Source: Erysipelotrichaceae bacterium
Lineage (GTDB): Bacteria > Bacillota_I > Bacilli_A > Erysipelotrichales > Erysipelotrichaceae
Length of the DNA stretch: 64,000 nucleotides
Reading direction: 5' to 3'
NCBI GenBank assembly: GCA_017512285.1
Contig: JAFWGU010000011.1
Span: forward strand, 4,828-68,827
The position numbers were made by a program, and so were the translations under genes. This document shows positions 54,185 through 62,561 of this stretch, one piece after another; positions within the stretch are counted from its first letter, which is position 1; every line of letters starts with the position of its first letter. The notes beneath the pieces were generated by a model. It saw nothing but the letters and a program-made list of their open reading frames with translations, was not told where the DNA came from and searched no databases.

Positions 54185-54217
54185 AAAAGAAGGAAGAGTG
54201 CTTCCTTCTTTTATTTT
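54185..54217. terminator. Bidirectional terminator
   Basis: AAAAGAAGGAAG-AGTG-CTTCCTTCTTTT perfect 12-bp stem. Confidence 0.9.
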
Positions 54218-54233
54218 GAAATGTAATTTAACC

Positions 54234-55463
54234 TTAAGGCCTCTCCGCCAGTACTACGCTTAATTCCTTTTCCTGATTGTCTCTGATGATCTTCAGAGTA
54301 ACCTTGTCTCCGGCCTTACGTTTCAGTAAGGCATCCTGCAGGTCATCATATGATCTGATTTCGTCATTGTCCATGCCGATGATCAGGTCCTTGGTCTGCA
54401 GGCCTGAGGATATGGTTGACTGGAGTTCTACTGATCTTACCAGTACGCCGTTCTGGGACATGCCATAGTAGCTCTGAGCTCTTTCGCTGTCAATGCTGAT
54501 GGCCTTGATACCCAGATATGCCCTGCCGGTAACCTTACCATTGGTAATGAGTTCCTGTGTGATCTCTTTGACTACGTCTACAGGAATGGCAAAGCCGATG
54601 CCTTCGATGTCGCTTGATGAGTACTTGGCATTTACGATGCCGATCAGATTTCCGGAAACATCAAACAGTCCGCCGCCGGAGTTACCCGGGTTGATCGTGG
54701 TATTTGTCTGCATCAGTGTCATCTTCTGTCCATCAACTGTAATTGTACGGCTTAAGGCGCTTACGATTCCTGATGTAACGGTTCCGCCCAGTGTTCCCAG
54801 CGGGTTACCGATGGCAATGCAGGTTTCTCCAACCTTTACGGTGTTGTCGCTTCCCAGAGTTGCCGGTGTCAGATTCTGCGCATCGATCTTGATGACAGCC
54901 AGGTCGGTAATTGAGTCCTTTCCAATCAGTACTGCTGAATAGTCAGTACCGTCATGCAGCGTTACTCTGATGCTCTTGGCATCTTCGATTACGTGATTGT
55001 TGGTAATGATGTAGCCATCTTTTGAGCAGATGACACCGCTTCCGGCACCGGAAGTAACGTATTCACCAAAGAACGTGTTGTACTTAACTGATTCAGTATA
55101 AACTTCTACTACTGAATTTTCTATTTCAGATACTATTCCTGAAAGATCTGATGACTGATATACGACGGTATCTGTCGGTACGGCTTCATAGATCACCGTT
55201 GATCCTGAATTATCCTTCTGCATTTTGTTCATTACATATCTGGCAGTCAGGAAACTGCTGCCCATGCACAGTAATAATGAGAATACCAGCCAGAGGATCA
55301 TCGGAACGTGTCTGTTCTTTTCCTTCTTTTCAGGTGGATAGACCGTATATACGTTACCGGAGTATGTCTTTTCATCTTTAAGGTATGATTCTTCGCTTAA
55401 GTTAGTTTCATCATTTAAATTACTTTCTTCGTTTGTTTCTTCATTAAAGTTATTTTCATCCAT
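54234..55463 (-). CDS. htrA: HtrA/DegP-family serine protease (trypsin-like + PDZ) with an N-terminal membrane anchor
   Basis: Catalytic triad contexts ITNNHVI, TDLAVIKI, GNSGGGLF, plus a C-terminal PDZ domain. Confidence 0.9.
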   Translation of the reverse strand: MDENNFNEETNEESNLNDETNLSEESYLKDEKTYSGNVYTVYPPEKKEKNRHVPMILWLVFSLLLCMGSSFLTARYVMNKMQKDNSGSTVIYEAVPTDTVVYQSSDLSGIVSEIENSVVEVYTESVKYNTFFGEYVTSGAGSGVICSKDGYIITNNHVIEDAKSIRVTLHDGTDYSAVLIGKDSITDLAVIKIDAQNLTPATLGSDNTVKVGETCIAIGNPLGTLGGTVTSGIVSALSRTITVDGQKMTLMQTNTTINPGNSGGGLFDVSGNLIGIVNAKYSSSDIEGIGFAIPVDVVKEITQELITNGKVTGRAYLGIKAISIDSERAQSYYGMSQNGVLVRSVELQSTISSGLQTKDLIIGMDNDEIRSYDDLQDALLKRKAGDKVTLKIIRDNQEKELSVVLAERP

Positions 55464-55520
55464 AACAAAACCTCCTCGTCGAATATTATACTACTTCTGA
55501 AAAGTGATGATTAACTGAAC

Positions 55521-55555
55521 TGAAAATGAAAACGAATTGAAATTCATCAATTCGT
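55521..55555 (-). terminator. Terminator overlapping the stop codon of the upstream surface-protein gene
   Basis: ACGAATTGA-AATTCA-TCAATTCGT stem. On the minus strand it is followed by UUUCAUUUUC. Confidence 0.6.
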
Positions 55556-56896
55556 CTTTTTTCTGCCTATGGCTATGAATGCGAGCAGTAATGTTACTGC
55601 ACCGGCAACCGCTGCTGAGAAGAATATGTACGGTTTATAATCTATAACTTCCTCAACTTCCGGTACCACGTACCTCTGCAGCGTCTGTTCCGTAAGGTCT
55701 ATGGTATACAGTTTCATTTCACCATTTTCATCACCCAGATATATGAGTTTGAAGTCATACAGCTGCGGATCCTTGTACTGCCAGCCATCCATTTCAATAT
55801 CATCACTGATCCTGACCTTGGCCGGTTCAAACAGTTCCTCCAGATCAGGGAAGTTTTCATAAAGTACATCCGGCTGGACAAACTTTCTTCCCACGATTTC
55901 TACCGGTCTGTACTTACCGATTACCGTATTGTCATGTTCGCTGTAGAGATAGAAGTCTCTGTTCTGTTCGCTGTCCTCAAGATATATGACATCGTAGGCC
56001 TTCCATTTGAATACCGTAATCTTGTTGCCTTCAATCTCCAGATCTCTGGCTTCATGCTCCGGGTATACCTCAACCTTATCCAGATTCTTAACGACACCTA
56101 ACTGCTGATCATTGAGTGTGTAGAATACCGTAGGCTCCTCGTCAACATAGACATTCAGCGTATATGTGCTGGTATAATCTGTATCCTCAGCAGTTACATT
56201 GATGTTGATTTCATTCCATCCTGGTACAAGGCTGCCGTCAATGCTGGAAACACTGGCGGTACTGCTGCTCTTGTCGGCTGAAATGCTGATTGACTCCGTT
56301 CCCCTTGGAACATAGATCTTGTAATTATATACATCGCTGGAAAAACCAGGTTCGATGTCAAATCCGCTTACTGTAATACTGCTGAGTGAGGCATCTCTTG
56401 ACTTTGTAGGGGTAACAGGTGTGTAACCACCTCCTCCTCCGCCACCGCCACCGCCCGTCTGGTTGATGGTGATAGATGTGCTCAGACTGCTGCTGTAACC
56501 GGTTATGTTATAACCATCATCATAGTCAATGAATCCAAGTACACTCGCTGATACGGTAGTTGTTCCCACACCTATGGTCCTGAAGGTTACAGTAATGGAT
56601 GCGCTGCTGTTTGGATAAGTATCAATTACCATGTATCCGTTTCCCGGGTTATAGTCACTTGACGAACTGCCGCTGTACTGCAGATAACCTGAATTGTAAT
56701 ATAGCTGAAGCTGGGCAATTGCCGGACCCTCGGCACTTACGTAAACCGTAACACTGACGGTGTCCCCAACGGTGACTGATGATGCAGAAGCCCACATGCT
56801 GGTACTACCGCTTATTGCCCTGACTCTGTCAACTGAGTTGAAACAGCTCATTACCAGACACAATGTTAGAAGTGCAACTTTAATAATTTTCTTCAT
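55547..56896 (-). CDS. Membrane-anchored surface protein: cohesin-like module + Gly10 linker + cadherin-like beta-sandwich + unknown domain + C-terminal TM
   Basis: Signal peptide. VTVGDTVSVTVYVSAEGPAIAQLQLYYNSGYLQY is cohesin-like. SLSSITVSGFDIEPGFSSDVYNYKIYV is cadherin-like. C-terminal TM helix + RKK. Confidence 0.7.
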   Translation of the reverse strand: MKKIIKVALLTLCLVMSCFNSVDRVRAISGSTSMWASASSVTVGDTVSVTVYVSAEGPAIAQLQLYYNSGYLQYSGSSSSDYNPGNGYMVIDTYPNSSASITVTFRTIGVGTTTVSASVLGFIDYDDGYNITGYSSSLSTSITINQTGGGGGGGGGGYTPVTPTKSRDASLSSITVSGFDIEPGFSSDVYNYKIYVPRGTESISISADKSSSTASVSSIDGSLVPGWNEININVTAEDTDYTSTYTLNVYVDEEPTVFYTLNDQQLGVVKNLDKVEVYPEHEARDLEIEGNKITVFKWKAYDVIYLEDSEQNRDFYLYSEHDNTVIGKYRPVEIVGRKFVQPDVLYENFPDLEELFEPAKVRISDDIEMDGWQYKDPQLYDFKLIYLGDENGEMKLYTIDLTEQTLQRYVVPEVEEVIDYKPYIFFSAAVAGAVTLLLAFIAIGRKKTN

Positions 56897-56912
56897 GGTC
56901 AGTTCTCACTCC

Positions 56913-59063
56913 TTAATCCTGCGGTATATCCTGCATTCCCAGAATATATTTCTTTATGGACAGATATGTCTTCAGTGATACTTCTGTATCACCGCTTATC
57001 AAGGCTGCCTTCAGTCTGTTGCCTTCCAGAGCAGTCATGCCGAGAATGTTCTTCTTAACCAGTAACAGGTCCTGCAGATTGACCTTGCCGTCCCCGTTGA
57101 TGTCTCCTCTTATGATAATGGTATACGTGCTTGTTCCACTTGCATCCGTTACCTTCAGAATGCATCCTGTTCCAATCAATGATTCACTGTTAAGCTCTGA
57201 ACCATCTGCTCCGATAATTACTACACTGTAATTCTCATTGCTTCTCTGAATGCTTTCCGTCATTTTCTTTAATGTCGTGCCAATCTGAATTCCGGTAATG
57301 AATCCCTCCTTCAGATTAAGAGACATGTCAGTAATGAAATCACCCGTATATACAGGTAAAATTGGCTCTGGTTCCGGCTCAATTGTCGGGTCTGCACTTT
57401 CCATTCTTCTCTGTTCTTCCAAGGTTGTAGGTAAAGTGTATGTTGTTGGTAATGAAGTGCTGTATGGCATCTCCTTATAAACAGGTATGCTGAAATTAAG
57501 CGGCTGATTCAGGCTCTCAGACATCTGATAGGTATCATACATGGTACCGCTCTGAGAATATGCAGCCTGAACATTTGTCATGTACTGATGGCCGTATGTA
57601 TTGACATCTGTTACATTGAACTTCTGGAAATACATGGTGTCCTGACCATCGTTTATATAGCCATCAGCTATCCACATTCCTCCTCCAACAATGGATTTAT
57701 ATGGACTGTTCCATGGTCTGTTATAAGATGTATATGATCCATCTTCTGAGCCATTTGCGTAGATCAGTCCTTTTTTCCAGTTGTCTTCACCGCTGGTAGC
57801 TCCGATATTGTAGAAGTTATATAAACCACTGTAAGTTCTGCCGTTATACGTGAAGCTTTCACCAGTGATAGCCCTTGATCCGGTAGTCCCCTGTTCCTGT
57901 CTTGCTAAAACGGCAAGATAGATAGGACTTACGCCTGCTCTCTGCCCTGCTTCATAGAAAATGTCAGCAAATGTCATTCCTGAAATGTTGTCACTTCCCC
58001 TCATGAAGGTAGAATTTAGAAGTTTCTGAATGGTTTCAGGTGTTTCGCTGTCATGGAATGAAAGATTCAGGAACATGAATATGTTGTACTGATTGAGGAA
58101 ATTTCTCGGATCTATGTAATAGGCAATGGTTTGTCTGTTTGCGCAGTACCAGTTTGAACCATCATATACGTAGAATCTCTTGTTTACTACATCATAGGCT
58201 CCTTCAGCAACGCTCCTGTATGCCAGATTACTGCCACTGATCAGGTTGTATCCGAGTCTGCTTTCCTTATCAATAACTTCCTGCCAATCCAATCCGGTAT
58301 GGTAAGCAGTAAAATTCCATTCAGGATACAGTGCATGTAATTCTCTAAGTGATTCACGGTAACTTTCAGGAAATCTCTGTTCTTCCAGATATCTGTCAAA
58401 GTTTTCATCATTGACTGTTACCTTGATCTGAGCATATGTAGAATAGATGTACTGAACATATTCATTTCCATATAATTCAAATCTTACCTTATACCAAAGA
58501 TCACCATCTGTATCTCTTTCTTCAGCAATTATGTAGATTGTCTGTCCCTTGGTAAAGTACTGAACTTCATTATTTATTCTAAATTGCGGATATTCAGTTC
58601 CGGGACCGGTTCTGATTCTTACAGAACTTTCTATTACTCTAGCTTCCCTTTCCTCATCTGGATTATCATCTATTACTTCTGAAGGTTCTTCATTTTCGTT
58701 AATTATCGTTACATAAGTACCAAATGCCCATGTATCGTATTCTTTGTCATTAACTGTAAATGTTACTTCATACCATAAATTGTCATTATCATCATATGCC
58801 TCATTGATGATCGTTACTTCCTGCTTGTATTCATAATGAGGTCCGTAATTTTCATCTTCCAGATAACCGCCTGATGTACTTGGCTGCAGTCTGACTGTAA
58901 CCATGCTGCTGTTTATGTAGCCCTTTTTAGGCTCATAATGATTTTCACTTGTTTCTGAAGAATCAGTTGTACCTTCTCCCTCTTCAGCCATGACAAAACA
59001 GCCATTTACTGTAATGGCTAAAATCATGAATAAAGACAGAACTAAACTAAGTAGTCTTTTCAA
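56913..59063 (-). CDS. Secreted peptidoglycan hydrolase: 2 x SH3b-like + GH73-type N-acetylglucosaminidase + C-terminal dockerin-like module
   Basis: ORF track 56913..59111. A TTG start at 59063 is preferred (GAGGGGA RBS; the promoter -10 lies at 59083-59088, so 59111 would be upstream of it). GH73-like AVLARQEQG..YNFYNIGA. Tail GDINGDGKVNLQDLLLVKKNILG. Confidence 0.8.
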   Translation of the reverse strand: MKRLLSLVLSLFMILAITVNGCFVMAEEGEGTTDSSETSENHYEPKKGYINSSMVTVRLQPSTSGGYLEDENYGPHYEYKQEVTIINEAYDDNDNLWYEVTFTVNDKEYDTWAFGTYVTIINENEEPSEVIDDNPDEEREARVIESSVRIRTGPGTEYPQFRINNEVQYFTKGQTIYIIAEERDTDGDLWYKVRFELYGNEYVQYIYSTYAQIKVTVNDENFDRYLEEQRFPESYRESLRELHALYPEWNFTAYHTGLDWQEVIDKESRLGYNLISGSNLAYRSVAEGAYDVVNKRFYVYDGSNWYCANRQTIAYYIDPRNFLNQYNIFMFLNLSFHDSETPETIQKLLNSTFMRGSDNISGMTFADIFYEAGQRAGVSPIYLAVLARQEQGTTGSRAITGESFTYNGRTYSGLYNFYNIGATSGEDNWKKGLIYANGSEDGSYTSYNRPWNSPYKSIVGGGMWIADGYINDGQDTMYFQKFNVTDVNTYGHQYMTNVQAAYSQSGTMYDTYQMSESLNQPLNFSIPVYKEMPYSTSLPTTYTLPTTLEEQRRMESADPTIEPEPEPILPVYTGDFITDMSLNLKEGFITGIQIGTTLKKMTESIQRSNENYSVVIIGADGSELNSESLIGTGCILKVTDASGTSTYTIIIRGDINGDGKVNLQDLLLVKKNILGMTALEGNRLKAALISGDTEVSLKTYLSIKKYILGMQDIPQD

Positions 59064-59082
59064 GGTATTTCCCCTCAAGTTG

Positions 59083-59111
59083 ATTATAAACGATACTTTT
59101 TTGCAATACAA
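59083..59111 (-). promoter_or_regulatory. Putative promoter of the autolysin/cohesin-like operon
   Basis: Minus strand: TTGTAT (59106-59111), 17-nt spacer, TATAAT (59083-59088). Confidence 0.6.
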
Positions 59112-59176
59112 ATCAACTGTGAATAACTGTAATGTGCCATGATTACTTATAAACCCTTATTGTTACCTTTTTCATA

Positions 59177-59377
59177 TGTGGAAAAAGCGGTTATCCACAT
59201 GTGTAGAAAGTGTGGAAAACATCAAAATATGCCGTAAATAAAGGCTTTTTTGGTGTTTATTAACTGTGGATAGTTTATATTATTATCCTTTTTCTCCACA
59301 ATATCAACTTTTTTTACTTTCCACCATATTTCTCCACAGATTATCCACATTTTCATTTTGTTGATAACTGTGGAAAA
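59177..59377. other. oriC upstream DnaA-box cluster (8 boxes)
   Basis: Perfect TTATCCACA at 59191 and 59341. One-mismatch boxes at 59177(-), 59211(-), 59265(-), 59292(+), 59330(+) and 59369(-). Lies immediately upstream of dnaA, at the point where coding-strand bias flips. Confidence 0.85.
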
Positions 59378-59388
59378 CTTGCTAATAT
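59361..59388 (+). promoter_or_regulatory. Candidate dnaA promoter with a DnaA box in the spacer
   Basis: TTGATA (59361-59366), 16-nt spacer containing TGTGGAAAA, TAATAT (59383-59388). Confidence 0.4.
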
Positions 59389-59518
59389 CTTATGAATAAA
59401 GGACATTTTACAATATTTCCGTGTTAACAATTTTTGTCTCATAAAAATTACAGTTTTAATCGCCTCTTTTTCGTAATAAAATTATCTTACAAACATATCG
59501 GAAGTAGGTAACCACCAC

Positions 59519-60892
59519 ATGTATTCGCTGAATTTTATTTGGAATCAAGTTAAGGATTTAATAAAGTCAACATTAGATAACGAAGATAAGAGTATTGTTT
59601 ACTCTGAGTTTTTTGATGACACGGAACTTGCTGAACTTAATGACAAGGAAGCTATTGTCCTCACAAAATATCAGTTTCATACTCTTATTTTAAATGACAA
59701 CGAGAATCTTAACATCATCAACGATTCAATTAAACAGGTTCTAAACAGAAACATCAGATGCAAGGTACTGTACAAGGATGATTACTTCAAATTAAAGGAA
59801 GATCAGAACCAGATCAACGAAATTAACAGACTTACTGATAACGTAATGCCTGAATATACCTTCGAAAACTTCGTTCATGGTCCAAGCAACAAGGAAGCAT
59901 ACGCAGCTGCGCTGGCTGTAGCTACCAATCCTGGACGTAATATCTATAATCCTCTTTTCATTTACGGTGATTCCGGCTTAGGCAAGACTCACCTGTTATG
60001 TGCAGTAGGAAATTTCATTAAGAATAAAATGCCTGAAAAGAAGATTCTATACATTTCCAGCAATACCTTTGTCAACCAGGTCGTAATTTCTATTAAAAAT
60101 AAGACAATTGATCTTCTTAAGAATCAATTGAATTCTCTTGATGTCCTCATGATGGATGATATACAGCTGTTATCCGGCAAAAAGACATCGAATGATGTTT
60201 TTTTTGACATCTATAATGAATTATTTAATAACAGAAAACAGATTATTCTTTCATCTGACCGTCCTCCAGCACAGATAAAGGATATTGAAGAGAGATTGAT
60301 TTCAAGATTCTCTCAGGGTCTGTCAGTAACAATTACAACACCTGAATATGAAACTGCATGTAAGATTCTTCAGATGAAGATAAAGAATCATGGAATTGAT
60401 GAGAATTCAATCGATCCGGAAGTCATATCCTTCCTGGCAACCAATTTTTCATCAGATGTAAGAAGTCTTGAGGGATCATTGAATAGATTATTATTCTATT
60501 CAATCAATTTTTCGGATAATACGAGTAATAAAATAGATATTAATATAGCAATGGAAGCTTTCAGTGACAATCTCAGTGATATAAGTGTTTCCAGCAGAGA
60601 TCTTAATGTCAAGGATATCATTACTTCCGTATGTGATTATTATGGACTTACCAAGCAGCAGTTGATGGGTAAATCAAGAACAAAGAACATTTCCAATGCC
60701 AGACACATGGCAATGTATCTGATAAGAAAGAATCTTGATTATTCATATCTTAAGATTGGTGAAGAATTCGGCGGCAGAGATCACGCTACGGTAATATCTG
60801 CTTGTGAAAAGATTGATAAATTATCCCGTCAGAATGAGTCTTATAAGAAGGCCGTCATGGAGATCGAATCAACTTTTTCACACCATAAGTAA
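59519..60892 (+). CDS. dnaA: Chromosomal replication initiator protein DnaA
   Basis: AAA+ Walker A GDSGLGKTHL, Walker B MMDDIQ, and the C-terminal DnaA-box-binding domain (..ARHMAMYL..GGRDHATV). Confidence 0.97.
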   Translation: MYSLNFIWNQVKDLIKSTLDNEDKSIVYSEFFDDTELAELNDKEAIVLTKYQFHTLILNDNENLNIINDSIKQVLNRNIRCKVLYKDDYFKLKEDQNQINEINRLTDNVMPEYTFENFVHGPSNKEAYAAALAVATNPGRNIYNPLFIYGDSGLGKTHLLCAVGNFIKNKMPEKKILYISSNTFVNQVVISIKNKTIDLLKNQLNSLDVLMMDDIQLLSGKKTSNDVFFDIYNELFNNRKQIILSSDRPPAQIKDIEERLISRFSQGLSVTITTPEYETACKILQMKIKNHGIDENSIDPEVISFLATNFSSDVRSLEGSLNRLLFYSINFSDNTSNKIDINIAMEAFSDNLSDISVSSRDLNVKDIITSVCDYYGLTKQQLMGKSRTKNISNARHMAMYLIRKNLDYSYLKIGEEFGGRDHATVISACEKIDKLSRQNESYKKAVMEIESTFSHHK

Positions 60893-60972
60893 CAGTTTAT
60901 AACTATTTAATAACACAGGTAAAAATGATAAAATAATAGCGTGTTATAAGGCTGAAAATGAGTTTTCAACAC

Positions 60973-61020
60973 TTATCCACACCCATTATTATTATAATCA
61001 TAATTCATATGAATTAATTA
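60973..61020. other. Downstream oriC part: DnaA box followed by a short GC cluster and a trinucleotide-periodic AT-rich tract (candidate unwinding region)
   Basis: Perfect TTATCCACA (60973-60981), then CCC, then ATT ATT ATT ATA ATC ATA ATT..., in the dnaA-dnaN spacer. Confidence 0.5.
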
Positions 61021-61031
61021 AGGAGGCAGGC

Positions 61032-62147
61032 ATGCATTTCAAAGTTGCAAAGAAACAATTACTTGATGGATTGAACATCGTATCAAGAGCTGTATCGCTG
61101 AATTCCCCATTACCTTCATTACATGGAATATTACTTGTAGTAAAGGAAGATTACATTCAGTTAACAGCTTCAGATCTGGATATTTCCATTCAGGTTAAGA
61201 TAGTTAACAGTGAAGATTCCAAGCTTGAAGTAGCTGAAACAGGCGACATCATTCTGGATTCAAAGTACATTCTGGACATGATCAGAAAGATTGATTCAGA
61301 TGAAGTTGAAGTTGAAATCATTGATGGATTATTAACAAAGATAAGCGGTGCATCAGTTAATTTTGAAATAAATGGAATAAAGGCAGAAAACTATCCGTTA
61401 ATAGATTTTTCAAAGCCGGATAATACATTCTATCTGAAGTCAGATGAATTAAAGGAACTTATTTCACAGACATGCTTTGCGACAAGTGACAAGGAAACCC
61501 GTCCGGTACTGACAGGTCTTAATCTGAAGGCTGAAAACGGCGAAATGAAGTGTGTAGCTACCGATAGTTACAGACTGGCACAGAAAATCATGTACATGGA
61601 AGATAATGACAGTTTCAACATTACCATTCCGGCAAAGAGTCTTAATGAAGTAGCAAAGGTTCTGAATAACGATGAAGAAATTGAAATATCAATTTCTGAT
61701 AAGAAAGTATTGTTCTCAATGGAGAATGTACTGATTCAGACCAGATTAATTGAAGGATCATATCCTGAAACATCAAGACTGATTCCTCAGAACTTCAATT
61801 ATGAACTTGTAGTTGATGCCAGAGACATCTTAAGTGCCATCGACCGTGCAAGTTTCATCAAGAATGAAGGCGTATCAATTATAAAGATGGATATTTCAGC
61901 CAGTGAAATAGTTATTACTTCAAGAAGCAGTGAAGTAGGATCAGTTGAAACAATCACACCTGTAAGCTATGTTGGTGACAATCTGAGTATTTCATTCAAG
62001 GGACAGTATGTATATGAAGCAATAAGAGCTTTGAATGCCTTCCAGATCAAGATCCAGTTTGGTGGAGAAATGAAGCCATTCATCATTAAATCTGTAGATA
62101 ATGATGAAGTACTGCAGTTGGTACTGCCAATCAGAACATACGCCTAA
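61032..62147 (+). CDS. dnaN: DNA polymerase III beta sliding clamp
   Basis: 371 aa, three-domain clamp pattern (MHFKVAKKQLLDGL.., ..ATDSYRLA.., C-terminal LPIRTY). AAGGAGG RBS. dnaA-dnaN synteny. Confidence 0.97.
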   Translation: MHFKVAKKQLLDGLNIVSRAVSLNSPLPSLHGILLVVKEDYIQLTASDLDISIQVKIVNSEDSKLEVAETGDIILDSKYILDMIRKIDSDEVEVEIIDGLLTKISGASVNFEINGIKAENYPLIDFSKPDNTFYLKSDELKELISQTCFATSDKETRPVLTGLNLKAENGEMKCVATDSYRLAQKIMYMEDNDSFNITIPAKSLNEVAKVLNNDEEIEISISDKKVLFSMENVLIQTRLIEGSYPETSRLIPQNFNYELVVDARDILSAIDRASFIKNEGVSIIKMDISASEIVITSRSSEVGSVETITPVSYVGDNLSISFKGQYVYEAIRALNAFQIKIQFGGEMKPFIIKSVDNDEVLQLVLPIRTYA

Positions 62148-62175
62148 TATCACATTGATATTAAACTGAAAATTA

Positions 62176-62226
62176 ATGGCTATATTTGTTTTAAAGCTAT
62201 TTTTAAGACAAATAAGCCATTTTTTA
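62176..62226 (+). terminator. Probable dnaN terminator
   Basis: ATGGCT(A)TATTTGT...ACAAATAAGCCAT 13-bp stem with one bulge and an 18-nt loop, followed by TTTTTT. Confidence 0.6.
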
Positions 62227-62301
62227 TGTGTTTAGTCATTTTTGAAGTTTTTATTATATATCTTTCATATCGCATTTAAATGGGCGATGTTGATAATTTT
62301 A

Positions 62302-62310
62302 TGGTATAAT
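62302..62310 (+). promoter_or_regulatory. Extended -10 promoter element upstream of yaaA-recF
   Basis: TGgTATAAT (TGn + TATAAT) about 40 nt upstream of the yaaA start. Confidence 0.5.
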
Positions 62311-62350
62311 GTAAACGTATATTTATGCCATTTTTCAGGAGGTGAAATAT

Positions 62351-62557
62351 ATGATAGTTAAGATTACGACTGATTATATTGAACTTCAGCAGTTATTGAA
62401 GTTAACTGACTGGATTTCAACAGGCGGAGAAGCCAAGATAGCTGTAAAAAAACTAAACATCAAGTACAATGGTGTACCTGAAAACAGAAGAGGAAAGAAG
62501 ATCTATCCTGGTGACATTGTTGAAATTCAGAACAAGAAATATGAAATAACCAAGTAA
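62351..62557 (+). CDS. yaaA: S4-domain RNA-binding protein (YaaA/RlbA type)
   Basis: ORF track 62342..62557. ATG 62351 is preferred (AGGAGG 8 nt upstream). Conserved position between dnaN and recF. S4-like GGEAK..VNG..E.RRGKK.. pattern. Confidence 0.85.
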   Translation: MIVKITTDYIELQQLLKLTDWISTGGEAKIAVKKLNIKYNGVPENRRGKKIYPGDIVEIQNKKYEITK

Positions 62558-62561
62558 GCAT

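Noticed and set aside
56427-56456. GC-rich tract CCACCTCCTCCTCCGCCACCGCCACCGCC, considered as a possible slipped-strand phase-variation site.
   Set aside because: It encodes a Gly10 linker with mixed GGC/GGT/GGA codons. It is not a homopolymer or a long perfect repeat. Any slippage of the short 3- or 6-nt units would stay in frame and only change linker length.
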